This document shows, piece after piece, positions 40,159 to 53,187 of a DNA stretch of 64,000 bases (the stretch's first letter is position 1; every line of letters starts with the position of its first letter). Source of the stretch: Eledone cirrhosa (taxonomy: Eukaryota); NCBI GenBank assembly GCA_964016885.1, contig OZ024741.1, positions 16,802,001-16,866,000 of the forward strand, in the 5' to 3' direction. The translations under genes and the position numbers were made by a program. Under the pieces are notes generated by a model, which was given only the letters and a program-made list of their open reading frames with translations, was not told where the DNA came from and searched no databases.

Positions 40159-40340
40159 TATATCTATATATATATATAAATGAAGAATTAGATATAGAAG
40201 CTAGGACTATCCATCATCAGTGGTCTACTAGCCATCGTAGGTATTTCTTCGCATTACAGACCATATACCTCAAGCTAGGGCGATACAATAACTAAATTAA
40301 GTTATTGGGATAAAAAGAGTTGGGTGGAGAAAGAGAGACA

Positions 40341-40384
<44 letters not shown>

Positions 40385-40711
40385 GAATCGAATTGCAACA
40401 ATGTTAACCTCAAGAATCTAGTTCCAACCTGTTGAGCGCTCCACGGTGCAACTGATTTTTATGATGAATAAATAACATTTTCAAAAAATACTTAAGTGGA
40501 AACAAAACAGTGCAATCAACTTTTGGCGGGAAAATATCTTACCTTCTCTAATAAAAAATATTTCGTATTTTGCGAAATCCAGAGACTTTCAATAATGTCT
40601 TTCACACACACACACGCCCCCCCCCCACACACACACATATTATTTGTTTGTTAAAATAATCAAATTCAATTAATTCAACAGTTAACACACATAGGAATAA
40701 TAAGGTTGTTA

Positions 40712-41203
40712 CCAAAGGGCCAGAAGATTGACAAGTCGACTCTAAATATGACTGAAAACTCTAGGAAAGCCATGAACGACACCACATCTTTTTAACTTTG
40801 ATTTTGAAAGTAGGTTTATAATTATTAATTTTCATTAGACTTTTGTAGTTGTCTCGGTGGCCTAGTTGGAGGAATAATAGACGGTGTTGATCCTGGTCTG
40901 TAGTTCGATCCTGGTCGGGAGTAATGTTCTCGGTAAGCATTTTCATTTTTTTTTTCCTATGGGATGTAAAATAAAAACTGAATTAGATTACATGTACCTC
41001 TTGACCAGGATTGAACCCAAGACCAGCATCTCCACCGTCTCTAGTACCTACCGCTAGTCCACTGAGACAGCTACGAAAATCTACTGAACATTCATACTTA
41101 TAAACCTACTTTCAAAATTTTCAAAACAAAATGATATGGTGTCGTTCATGTCTTTCTTAATGTTATTGCTCCTACTTAATGTCGACTTCTAAATCATTTG
41201 GGT
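40712..41203. mobile_element. Imperfect palindromic element with two inward-facing tRNA-like heads
   Basis: Inverted blocks CATGAACGACACCA/TGGTGTCGTTCATG and TTTTGAAAGTAGGTTTATA/TATAAACCTACTTTCAAAA. A and B boxes lie at 40845-40922 (+) and 40995-41074 (-). Confidence 0.75.
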
Positions 41204-41290
41204 GTTCCATAAACTATATCCTCGTTTTATTTCTCTGGGGTCCACTTGCCAGTGGGCAACCTGGCAACCTGGCCAGTCCTCCACCGTATT

Positions 41291-41575
41291 AGTAGTAGTG
41301 AAAGAGTGAAGAATAACATGGTCGACTGTACAAAACAATTGTTTTCATTCAGTTGATTCTCCGATGTATCTATAAATACTAGTGCCATGTGTTACACCCT
41401 CCAGTATTCCGATGATTTTGATCAGACACGTACACTGTATTTAAGGTCGAGTGACGCAACCTCGAGTGATCAGCGACCTTTAGACTCACCTGATCAATGA
41501 AATAATTGTTAATACTGTAAATAAAACCCTTTTTGTACAGCCGACCATGTTATTCTTCACTCTTTCACTACTATT
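41291..41575. mobile_element. MITE with ~45-bp TIRs
   Basis: TAGTAGTGAAAGAGTGAAGAATAACATGGTCGACTGTACAAAA at the left end and its near-perfect reverse complement at 41531-41575. Confidence 0.8.
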
Positions 41576-41729
41576 ACTCCAAGAATAACCTGCACGGGAA
41601 CTCTCGCAAACTCGCCACCTAACCAAGGAAACCTCTTGTTGAGTCTAACAACGCGGTTCGTTAAAACCATCTACAATACAGAGTACTCACAACCTCTAAC
41701 TGGATTACCTAAAACGATAACTTGTTATC

Positions 41730-41797
<68 letters not shown>

Positions 41798-41801
<4 letters not shown>

Positions 41802-42230
41802 ATGTCGGTGAGCATGTCCAGCTAACCTCAGTCTCCTCTGTGTCACTTTTGAGCTGACTTTTGGGATGCTCCCATACAGCTCCGAGTTTTTCATCCTCAG
41901 TGTATACTGATTAATGTTCAGAGCCATCCTCAGCATTCTCGTGTAGCACCCATCCACCATCTGAGTGAGTTTCTTGGTCAGTGTCCAAGTCTCAGACCCG
42001 TACAGCAGCACAGACTCCACTACAGCAATGAAGAGGCGGATTTTCAGGTCTTTACGAAGGTCCGACTTCCACATGGACTCATTGGAAACGGATGACCAAG
42101 GTTAACGTATGTTGATGCCCTAAGGACAGACACTGGTCTGTTGGAGACGCAGGACATGGCAGCGATAATGAGGGACAGAGACCGCTGGAGAGAACTCGTC
42201 CATGGATCTCGGGAATTTTACCCGCCCTAG
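41798..42230. mobile_element. RTE-like LINE copy with 5' inversion
   Basis: 41798-42085 encodes LLYGSETW..RRLRLAGHAHRHP on the minus strand. 42094-42230 encodes the downstream C-terminus on the plus strand. (TA)n lies on both sides. Confidence 0.85.
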
Positions 42231-42395
42231 AAATATATATATGTATATATATATATATTTATATATATATACATATATATATATACATATATATATACAT
42301 ATATATATATACATATATATACATATATATATATATTTATATGTATATATATATATATATTTATATGTATATATATATATATATGCATATATATG

Positions 42396-42497
<102 letters not shown>

Positions 42498-43375
42498 GAG
42501 AGAGAGAGAGGTTGGAGTAAGGCTGATTATACATATCAACGTTAGGACTGAACTGAGAGCTCTGTGGAGTGCGATATAGCTTGGACAAGTATCATTTACC
42601 ATAGCTCAGGTCAACTCATACATTGTCAGTGAAATTGCCTTGGCGGAAACTGTGTGGAAGCCCGTCATATAGATTCTATTTCTACTTCAAAGGGTCAACC
42701 TTGTCGTTCACTACGTCATGCTGAATCTCCCTGAAAATTACGTTATGAGTACACGTGTCTGTGGATATTTCAGCAACTTACACGTTAATGTCATGAGTAG
42801 GCTGTTCCATTGATCAAACAACCGAGGCGACACCCATCGTCGAAACCGACGGAGGACCATTCCTTTCTGATCTGACATAAAAGCATCTCAGGATAACATT
42901 GTACATATTAAATACCCATACTTTAGGGTCTCAAATATGTTATATAGTGAGTTCGAAAACCTCTGTTATTCATGGGATTTGTAGACACATACATACATAA
43001 CCATAACCAAGGGAGATAACTCCAATAAGATCAGTTGATTAGAATTCTAAATAGTATAGACAAAGCAGATAAGAGGATTTTTCAAGTCAACTGATGAAAG
43101 TAAAGGACATGCTTCCATCTGTAATACATATGTATATATTGTTTCTACTTTTGGCACAAGACCAGCAATTATCCCAGTGTATTACTGGTACTTTATTTTA
43201 TCGACCCCGTAAGGATGAAAGGCAAAGTTAACCTCGACGGGATTTGAACTCAGATCATAAAGGGCCGTAATTCTATGTTACAAATCATGCCGTCCGACCC
43301 TCTACCGATACTGCCAATTCACTGTATATATTGCGGTCCAATGATAGATACAATAAGAATATGAGAATTACACGC

Positions 43376-43424
<49 letters not shown>

Positions 43425-43484
43425 AATCTGCCAAAAAGCTGACTGAATACACACGATTCAATGGTATCTTCTAGTTTAAACTCT

Positions 43485-43523
43485 ATTTTCTGATGAAGAA
43501 CTTGTGTCTGAAACGTTAAGAAT
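43485..43523 (+). ncRNA. Minimal type I hammerhead ribozyme motif
   Basis: ATTTT-CTGATGA-AGA(ACTTGTG)TCT-GAAA-CGT-TA-AGAAT, with palindromic AACGTT in place of stem III. Confidence 0.65.
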
Positions 43524-43592
43524 CTTTTCCTGCTATTCCAAGCATTACACTAATATATTTCTTCAATGTACTGTGTCGTTTGCCTTTTTATT

Positions 43593-43627
<35 letters not shown>

Positions 43628-43816
43628 CCCCCACACACGTATATATATATACATATACCTCCACACACACACACACATATATATACATATACCTCCACAC
43701 ACACATATATATATACATATACCTCCACACACACACACACACACATACACATATATATATATATATACCTCCACACACACACACACACATATAGATATAC
43801 ATATATATACCTCCAT

Positions 43817-43853
<37 letters not shown>

Positions 43854-44007
43854 CCTCCACACACGCACACACACACATATATATATACACCTCCACACAC
43901 ACACACACACATATATACACATATGTATATATGTGTGATGTAGATTCATAGCTTCGTTTCACGTTCTATGATGTGTCATTCATACCACACTAAATATGGG
44001 CAATAGA

Positions 44008-44046
44008 TCATGTGATGGAACAAGAGCAATGACGTCATCAATCAGT
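44008..44046 (+). promoter_or_regulatory. Candidate proximal promoter: TCATGTGA E/M-box, ATGACGTCAT CRE palindrome, TCAGT Inr-like
   Basis: Motifs at 44008-44015, 44029-44038 and 44042-44046, 115-150 bp upstream of the predicted ATG. Confidence 0.45.
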
Positions 44047-44160
44047 AATTATGTCAATCCCTGTATATTGTCTGTAATTATTGATCCTCACTGCTATTTC
44101 GAAATGAAATACAGAAGCCATTAATATATTATAGAAAATACAACAATCTTCAAATTTATA

Positions 44161-44221
44161 ATGTTTCATATTTTAATATTGTTTCTGGTATTGTCCTCAG
44201 TAAAATCAGCCTCTGTTAAAG
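44161..44221 (+). CDS. Host gene coding exon 1: signal peptide MFHILILFLVLSSVKSASVK
   Basis: ATG with A at -3, a hydrophobic core and a V-K-S|A cleavage pattern. The phase-1 donor AAG|GTGATC matches the phase-1 acceptor at 50073. Confidence 0.65.
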
Positions 44222-44244
44222 GTGATCATCATTATTATTATTAA

Positions 44245-45020
44245 AGAGGAGGAAGGGCAGGCAGTTTTCATCTGCCTAGTGGCTATGGCGAACGAGATTG
44301 GTGAACAAGGTTGAAAGGATTGAAGACGGACACTTACCTCTTCGGCGAATCCCTGATTAACTTTTTCAAATTTCAATTGAAGAGGAAAATCAGAATGGAG
44401 AGCCAAATGTTATCTTCTAGTAAGTTTGTTGAAATGTGGGTGAAAGTGGCGAATCTTGTTCGAGTGAACGGGTCCGTTCTAAGTATGCGCCTGTAGAGTG
44501 AGGAGTTGTTGTTTGTTGTTGTTGTTACAGTTTACACCTATGCAGGTTTAGCTGGCCTCCCCCAAGGCTGTATCTCGTTGGAGGTCTCTTGGGTGTTTTA
44601 ATGATAGGGACCCCAGTCCTATCATTTCATTTCTACAGCTGAGTAAACTTGAGAATCGTGAAATAAAGTGTCTTGCTCAAGGAAACAACACATAATCCGG
44701 TCCGATTGCAAGCCCAATACTCTAACCACTAAGCCCTGCGCTTTCAGGAGTGGGAGAACTAAGAGGGGGGTGCTTGCCCTGGTGGTCAGGGTGGCCGTGG
44801 TCTTTTGTGTGGTTTTCACCACCAGTGATCCTTGGAGGTTTCCCTTTTTTGGGGGAATTTTTGTTGTTTGAATTTTTTTAATTTGTTTTTACACGTTTCT
44901 ATCTTCTTGTTATAACCTTTTTACACTGCTAAAACCCACTTTGTATCGTCCTCTACCGTTCTGTGCCGTCTGTAATGTTTTTCTTCATGTTAGCCCTTGT
45001 GGCCAATAAAGAAACCATTA
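44245..45020 (+). mobile_element. Tx1-like LINE 3' fragment interrupted by a family B SINE
   Basis: LKGLKTDTYLFGESLINFFKFQLKRK is homologous to 6564-6749. The 3' end CCCTTGTGGCCAATAAAGAAA matches 6290-6310. Confidence 0.85.
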
Positions 45021-45029
45021 TCATTATTA

Positions 45030-48000
45030 TTTATAACGCGTTTCCTCTGGCAGATGTTATACCGACACTATACCAAGAGAGAGAGCCATATCCAATAGCC
45101 AAAGGTACTTGGGTCATTTCTTTCTGCTTTAACTTTCAAACACCTTCCTTAGAATCCTTGCTGTTCCTAGCAAGACTGTTTTCTGCAACAATCCCATCCT
45201 GCTGGTAATTCCTAGCTTCTCAAGCCAAGCATCCAACATTTTACTATTTGCTCCCACTACACCAACCACAATCGGTACCACTTCTACATGTCTAACCTAC
45301 TACTAACTGCTCCCAGTACACCAACCACAATTGGTACCACTTCTACATGTCTAACCTTCTACTAACTACTCCCAGTACACCAACCACAATCGGTACCACT
45401 TCTACATGTCTAACCTACTACTAACTACTCCCACTACACCAACCACAATCGGTACCACTTCTACATGTCTAACCTACTACTAACTGCTCCCAGTACACCA
45501 ACCACAATTGGTACCACTTCTACATGTCTAACCTTCTACTAACTACTCCCAGTACACCAACCACAATCGGTACCACTTCTACATGTCTAACCTACTACTA
45601 ACTACTCCCAGTGTACCAACCACAATTGGTACCACTTCTACATGTCTAACCTACTACTAACTACTCCCAGTGTACCAACCACAATTGGTACCACTTCTAC
45701 ATGTCTAACCTTTTACAAACTGCTCCCAGTACACCAACCACAATTGGTACCACTTCTACATGTCTAACCTTTTACAAACTGCTCCCAGTACACCAACCAC
45801 AATTGGTACCACTTCTACATGTCTAACCTTTTACAAACTGCTCCCAGTACACCAACCACAATTGGTACCACTTCTACATGTCTAACCTTTTACAAACTGC
45901 TCCCAGTACACCAACCACAATTGGTACCACTTCTACATGTCTAACCTTTTACAAACTGCTCCCAGTACACCAACCACAATTGGTACCACTTCTACATGTC
46001 TAACCTTTTACAAACTGCTCCCAGTACACCAACCACAATTGGTACCACTTCTACATGTCTAACCTTTTACAAACTGCTCCCAGTACACCAACCACAATTG
46101 GTACCACTTCTACATGTCTAACCTTTTACAAACTGCTCCCAGTACACCAACCACAATTGGTACCACTTCTACATGTCTAACCTTTTACAAACTGCTCCCA
46201 GTACACCAACCACAATTGGTACCACTTCTACATGTCTAACCTTTTACAAACTGCTCCCAGTACACCAACCACAATTGGTACCACTTCTACATGTCTAACC
46301 TTTTACAAACTGCTCCCAGTACACCAACCACAATTGGTACCACTTCTACATGTCTAACCTTTTACAAACTGCTCCCAGTACACCAACCACAATTGGTACC
46401 ACTTCTACATGTCTAACCTTTTACAAACTGCTCCCAGTACACCAACCACAATTGGTACCACTTCTACATGTCTAACCTTTTACAAACTGCTCCCAGTACA
46501 CCAACCACAATTGGTACCACTTCTACATGTCTAACCTTTTACAAACTGCTCCCAGTACACCAACCACAATTGGTACCACTTCTACATGTCTAACCTTTTA
46601 CAAACTGCTCCCAGTACACCAACCACAATTGGTACCACTTCTACATGTCTAACCTTTTACAAACTGCTCCCAGTACACCAACCACAATTGGTACCACTTC
46701 TACATGTCTAACCTTTTACAAACTGCTCCCAGTGTACCAACCACAATTGGTACAACTTCTACATGTCTACCCTACTACTAACTACTCCCAGTACACCAAC
46801 CACAATTGGTACCACTTCTACATGTCTAACCTTCTACTAACTACTCCCAGTGTACCAACCACAATTGGTACCACTTCTACATGTCTACCCTACTACTAAC
46901 TACTCCCAGTACACCAACCACAATTGGTACCACTTCTACATGTCTAACCTTCTACTAACTACTCCCAGTGTACCAACCACAATTGGTACCACTTCTACAT
47001 GTCTAACCTACTAACTACTCCCAGTGTACCAACCACAATTGGTACCACTTCTACATGTCTAACCTTTTACAAACTGGTCCCAGTACACCAACCACAATTG
47101 GTACCACTTCTACATGTCTAACCTACTAACTACTCCCAGTACACCAACCACAATTGGTACCACTTCTACATGTCTAACCTTTTACAAACTGCTCCCAGTA
47201 CACCAACCACAATTGGTACCACTTCTACATGTCTAACCTTCTACTAACTACTCCCAGTACACCAACCACAATTGGTACCACTTCTACATGTCTAACCTTC
47301 TACTAACTACTCCCAGTACACCAACCACAATTGGTACCACTTCTTCATGTCTAACCTACTAACTACTCCCAGTGTACCAACCACAATTGGTACCACTTCT
47401 ACATGTCTAACCTTCTACTAACTACTCCCAGTACACCAACCACAATTGGTACCACTTCTTCATGTCTAACCTACTAACTACTCCCAGTACACCAACCACA
47501 ATTGGTACCACTTCTACATGTCTAACCTTTTACAAACTGCTCCCAGTACACCGACCACAATTGGTACCACTTCTTCATGTCTAACCTACTACCAACCACT
47601 CCCAGTGTACCAACCACAATTGGTACCACTTCTACATGTCTACCCTACTACTAACTACTCCCAGTGTACCAACCACAATTGGTACCACTTCTACATGTCT
47701 ACCCTACTACTAACTACTCCCAGTGTACCAACCACAATTGGTACCACTTCTACATGTCTACCCTACTACTAACTACTCCCAGTGTACCAACCACAATTGG
47801 TACCACTTCTTCATGTCTACCCTACTACTAACTACTCCCAGTGTACCAACCACAATTGGTACCACTTCTTCATGTCTACCCTACTACTAACTACTCCCAG
47901 TGTACCAACCACAATTGGTACCACTTCTACATGTCTAACCTTCTACTAACTACTGCCAGTACACCAACCACAATTGGTACCACTTCTTCATGTCTACCCT

Positions 48001-49580
48001 ACTACTAACTACTCCCAGTGTACCAACCACAATTGGTACCACTTCTTCATGTCTACCCTACTACTAACTACTCCCAGTGTACCAACCACAATTGGTACCA
48101 CTTCTTCATGTCTGATTCTCTACAGTTTCCTGATTTCTGTCTTCACTTCCTGGTATTTCTCAACTTTCTCACTTTCCTTCTCATTCACTCTGTGGTCCTA
48201 TGGTGAAGCAATATCTACAATACTTGCCTTGTTATTCTTAATTTCTACGACAACAATGTCAGGATTTCTAGCCAAGATAAAATGGCCGCACTGGATGGTT
48301 ATGTCCCACAAGATCTTATACTGTTTATTTTCAGCCACCCTTTTCCAGTTGGTGTTCACACCATTTCTCACTTCTACTCATGTCACATGACAGAGCTTCT
48401 AATGAACCAATCTGGCAATGTTGTCGTGTCTTCTCTTGTACTCTTTCTGAGCAAGCATCTTACATTCACTAATAATGTAGTTCATTGTCTCACCTTTCTC
48501 ACCACACAGCCCAAAAGTGTGGAATTCACTGACTTGTCAATATTGCACTTGATAAGGTTGATTTGCAGTGCTTGTTCCTGGGCTGGGAAAATAAGGGCCT
48601 CAGTTTCAACTTTTAAGTCACTTTTCCTAGTCCATTCCTAGTTCCTATTTTTGTCAACTGTCTCAAGTATTTCATGTAAAAATTGACCATGTATTTGTTT
48701 CCCTTCCATCTATTCAATATGTCATTCTGTCTTGTTTAAATTCTCCGTTTTCCTTTGCTTCATCACTGTTTAGGACCTTTATCGTTCTTACTTCTGCCAT
48801 CAATCTCTCCTTTGAATTCTTAACATACCATGCCAGATTATTTTCCTCCAGCTTCACATACAATTCACAGCGAGACCCCTTCCTCCTCTCTATCGTGATA
48901 GATACAACCTGTCCACGTCACTTTTGGAGTGTAGAACCCCTTGTAGGGACATCATTTTCCTGGTATTTCTATCAAGCTCCATAAGTTCATCACATCTCCA
49001 TTCTATCACACCAGTGCTATACCTTAGCCCTGCAACAGCCCATGTGTTGATAGCCAGTATCTTATTCCTACCACTTACCTTCATCTTTAACACAAACTGT
49101 AGTCACTGTTTATATTCCTTTGATAATAGTTCTTTCATTTCCTTCCCTTTCATTTGGTTTGTTTCCAGGATACCTAAGTACTTTTACCTGTTGTCATCAA
49201 TTTCCTTCATAACTTGTCTATCTGGTAATTTAATTCCTTCCCTCTTATGAATTCTACCTCACTTCAGTAATAGCACCCCACACTTTTTTTATGCAAAATT
49301 CCATGCCTATGTCCGTACTGAATGTATGAACTGTCTGTATCAAGGGAATCAATTTGTTCATAGGATTTCCCAGGCTATCCATAAACAGCAAGTGTTTATA
49401 CTAAACTCACGTCCTCCCCACTCGTATCAGCCTCTAACCTTCTCAATACTAATGAAAGTGGAACCATACACAGTACAAACAGCAAAGGTGAATGACTCTC
49501 CCTGAAATATTCCTCTCTTAATCTTCACAACTCTCAATGTTTGTCAACATGATGTCAGCTCAGTCTTCCAACCATCCATA
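45030..49580 (-). mobile_element. Decayed R4-clade LINE (RT + restriction-like endonuclease) split by a minisatellite
   Basis: GRNKILAINTWAV, SDVDRLY, ILWD....RNPDIVV, EKVEKY, VVPIVVG.LG and LQKTVLLGTARILRKV motifs. Confidence 0.85.
45251..48112. repeat. 59-bp minisatellite, about 48 copies
   Basis: Unit CTCCCAGTACACCAACCACAATTGGTACCACTTCTACATGTCTAACCTTTTACAAACTG, with a homogeneous block at about 45700-46730 and variants (some 56 bp) at the edges. Confidence 0.97.
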
Positions 49581-50072
49581 ATACTCTGCAGTTAGCGTCT
49601 CCTCCAAGTATTGCCAGCATTGGTAGAGCATCGGACAATATGCTTCGCCGTATAGAGTTACGTCCCTTTACGTTCTGAGTTCAAATCCCACCGAGGTTAG
49701 CTTTGCCTTTCATCCTTACGAGGTCGATGAAATAAAGTACCAGTAATGCATTGGGGTCGATTTAATCGACTTTCTCCAACCCCAAATTGTTGGCCTTGTG
49801 TTTAGAAACCAAGCACGGTAGATTGGCAGTTCCGGTAGAGTGTTGGACAATATGCTTTGTGGCATAAAGTTACAGCCCTTTACGTTCTGAGTTCTAACAG
49901 GGCTGAGGTTAACTTTGCCTTTCATTTTTACGGGGTCGATAAAATAAAGCACCAATAGTGCACTGGGGTCGATTTAATCGACTTTCCCCTCCCCCAAAAT
50001 TGTTGGTCTTGTGCCTAAATTAGAAACCATTATTTTTATTGTTGTTGTTATCATTCTCAAACCTTGCTTCAG

Positions 50073-50314
50073 TCACAAGGATTAGCCTCCTTGCCAGTAG
50101 CGACCGCAACGAAGACCAACAAGATCTAAGATATTCGGAACCGACCATGGCTAGTAAAGATCAGGTGTCTGACAGAACAGTCCAAAGTTTAACAGAAGAT
50201 GACAAGGAAATGACCACAATAGTTACTACTGAGCTAAGTACACCAGAAGTTCAGGTATTGACCACCACAACTGTTAGTAGTGACATCGACGTTTCTGATT
50301 TCGTTGAAAATAAC
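50073..50314 (+). CDS. Host gene coding exon 2: acidic S/T-rich (mucin-like) ectodomain
   Basis: Acceptor CTTGCTTCAG|, donor AAC|GTGAGT, 242 bp (phase 1 to 0), open frame, non-repetitive sequence. Confidence 0.8.
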
Positions 50315-51088
50315 GTGAGTGTTAAATGAATGGTTCTTCTTCTTCTTCTTCTTCTTCTTCTTCTTCTTCTTCTTCTTCTTCTTCTTCTTCTTCTGCTGCT
50401 GCTGTTTGAACAGGCCTATCTCAGATGGTTGTGGCCAGTTCGGGGCCATATTACACAGTATTTTAATACATGTTTATCAGATTTCTCTACCAGTTTCAGA
50501 TTGAAGAATCTCCGTATTTCTCACTGAACATAAGTAGTGTTTCTTATACAAACCATCCAGCTTATTTCAACTTCTGGGTCATTCTACTTTGATAGCTTTG
50601 GACGTGTTTCCAGGCGGTGTTTTGTTGTTGTGACAGCTCACACCTATGCAGGTTTAGCTGGCCTCCTCCAAGGTATATCTCGTTGGAGGTGTCTTGAGTG
50701 ATTTAATGATAGGGACCCCAGTCCTATCATCTCATTTCTACAGCTGAGTAAACTGGAGCAACGTGAAATAAAGTGTCTTGCTCAGGACACAACACATCAC
50801 CCGGTCCGAGAATTGAACTCGCAACCTTACGATTTCAAGCCCAATGCTCTAACCACCAAGCCATGCGCCAGGCGGTGTTTTAGCCCGGAGGGGACGAGCT
50901 ATTTATCAGAGTAACATAGAATTTATTTTCCTTGTATTTGATGAAATCTAAACGGGTTTTCTTGATCTCTTTGTTGACCCAGACAGTTATGTCACATCGT
51001 AGCCAGGTCATTGTCTCATACCAGGTTAGCTATATATTTAGGCAAGTATTTTTCACACTATTAGCAGTTAACATTTTAGAGATATACT

Positions 51089-51200
51089 GAGCTGGCCAGC
51101 CGCAGGTGTGAGCCCCGCGAGATGGAATGGCTTTTCCAGCGCGTCTCCCTTGCCGTCCTCCGGGGAAACGCCTTCTCCATTCTGTCCGCCGGGGCTGTGG
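51089..51200 (+). mobile_element. C-terminal fragment of a CRE-like non-LTR element
   Basis: GC-rich patch encoding WLFQRVSLAVLRGNAFSIL, matching the QRLS.A.QRGNA terminus of CRE-clade ORFs. Confidence 0.6.
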
Positions 51201-51482
51201 GGAGGTCACCAATATGATTGACTGACTTGTCATTTTATCAGTCAGATGTTTTTAGACGGCCAAAGGATCTGTGACTTCACATAGTCCAAAGATATGACAT
51301 TTAAACACACATTTAAATGCTAATAGTATCTTTACTATTCTAGAGCAGCTTCCATATTTACATCTGGACTACTAATATTTACATCATCAGCTGTTACTCT
51401 TACATGTGTTCATAGAACCAGATTGGATTAGAACTAGGAACCATTGCTTATGTCACTTTTCAGTTTCATGTTTATCAGTATA

Positions 51483-52281
51483 CTAGCAGTAAAGCCCGGC
51501 GTTGCTCGGGGTCGCTCAGTAGCTGTGTTAAAGTTACAATGTTAAGTTTCTTTCTTGGCTTAAAAACTGTAGTGTCTACTGTGCAGACTTGCATGTGGTG
51601 TTTTTGATTAATATTCCCTCAACCAACAATATGCCTTATGAAGTTAAGAAAACATAACGATAACCCGAATGTTATAACAAAAGAGGATGCTGGGGATAGA
51701 AACTGCACTGGTTATTTATTAACAAAGATCGAAAATGTAAACACTGCAACGTAGAGAAAAACATTAGCGTAACCAAATTATCAGTTATGTCTGTCTGCAC
51801 GCCTATATCACCTCTCTGCACGACTGTCTGTCTGCACGACTGTCTGTCTGCACGCCTAACGACGAAATATTTGCTTGTTTTACGTAGTCTTTAAATAGAC
51901 TTGTTTTCAAGTAAAAATATTGTTTTAAAATGCTTTTAAATGGAAATGAAGCAAAACGGAAGCTTAGTGTTCGAACTGATGAATTTTGCAGGTCAATATT
52001 TTGCTGGCTCGACAACTGTTAAAGCCAGCGTAATTTTTTACGTAAGACGCTCAATGTAAACAGAACAAAGGGAAATAACTGATAACTTACGCTCAAAAAT
52101 CGATACATTATATTCGATTTCGTCAGATAGGGTGGGTCAATTTGAAATATTTTTTTTCCGATGTCTTCGCTAGGGCTCAATGTACAAGTATAGCAATTTC
52201 GGTGCAATTCCGTGAGAGATTCTAAGAGGAGATGTGTGCCAAAAATCGATAGACAGACAACCACAGTTTTATATATATAGA
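51483..52281 (-). mobile_element. Non-autonomous Helitron
   Basis: Minus strand starts A|TCTATATATATAAAAC and ends CCCGAGCAACGCCGGGC...CTAG|T. Confidence 0.85.
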
Positions 52282-52528
52282 TTGCTCATATAATCTTTAT
52301 TGCAATCTTACGATAGAAGCTTTAAGGAAAGGCAAACATAACACCTAGTTATTGGCAATAAATATATGTAAAGTAACACCTTTAACTAGGTGTAATATCA
52401 CATATTAATTCACAAATCTATGTAAGGTATCACCAATAAGAAGAAGTAATGTCATATTTATAGTGACTCACAAATATACGTAAGAAAACACTTAAGTAAA
52501 GGTAATATCACACATTTATAGTTACTTA

Positions 52529-53114
52529 CTAGCAGAATGGCCCGGCGTTGCTCGGGATTCTAAACATAGATTGGCATGTTTAGCCCTCCTTTCTGAAACA
52601 GGGAAGTACGGAATACCTCGGCCTCGGGATGGTGTCTACATTTTGTGCTTATAAAAAAAATTCGTCGTACCAGGGTTTTTTTTCGTGCGAAGAAAATCAA
52701 TACTTTATCACGAAATAAATACGTTTGTATATATTTTGTTATTGTGTATGCAAAAATATCTGTACACGAATATATAATTATATATATATATTAAAATAAC
52801 ATTAAAGTTTAAGCAAAGAATCGCTGCTTTCACCCATAACAGGATCTTCTGAAACTAAAAAAATGAATCTGTGAACGCATAAGTAAATATTTCGAAAAAC
52901 GTTACATACTATATATACACACACACTATATATACATATATATACACACACTATATATACATATACACACACACACACACACACACAGATAGCGAAGTCA
53001 ATGTTTTCATAATGTCGTAATGCAAACAGGCAGACATACAGACAGATATTATAAGGGCGCGAAGTTATAGCTATGTATCTATCTAAAAAGACAGACTAAA
53101 AAAAAGAGAGAGAA

Positions 53115-53187
<73 letters not shown>

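Noticed and set aside
39800-40295. Identical ORFs on opposite strands (MLFKKYIYLFGSF...)
   Set aside because: This follows trivially from the 288-bp palindrome; there is no coding evidence.
40845-41074. Genuine tRNA genes
   Set aside because: A and B boxes are present but I could not fold a canonical cloverleaf; the same holds for the SINE heads.
45251-48112. Regular repeat resembling a CRISPR array
   Set aside because: Units are head-to-tail with no unique spacers, there are no cas genes, the context is eukaryotic and the unit derives from a LINE ORF.
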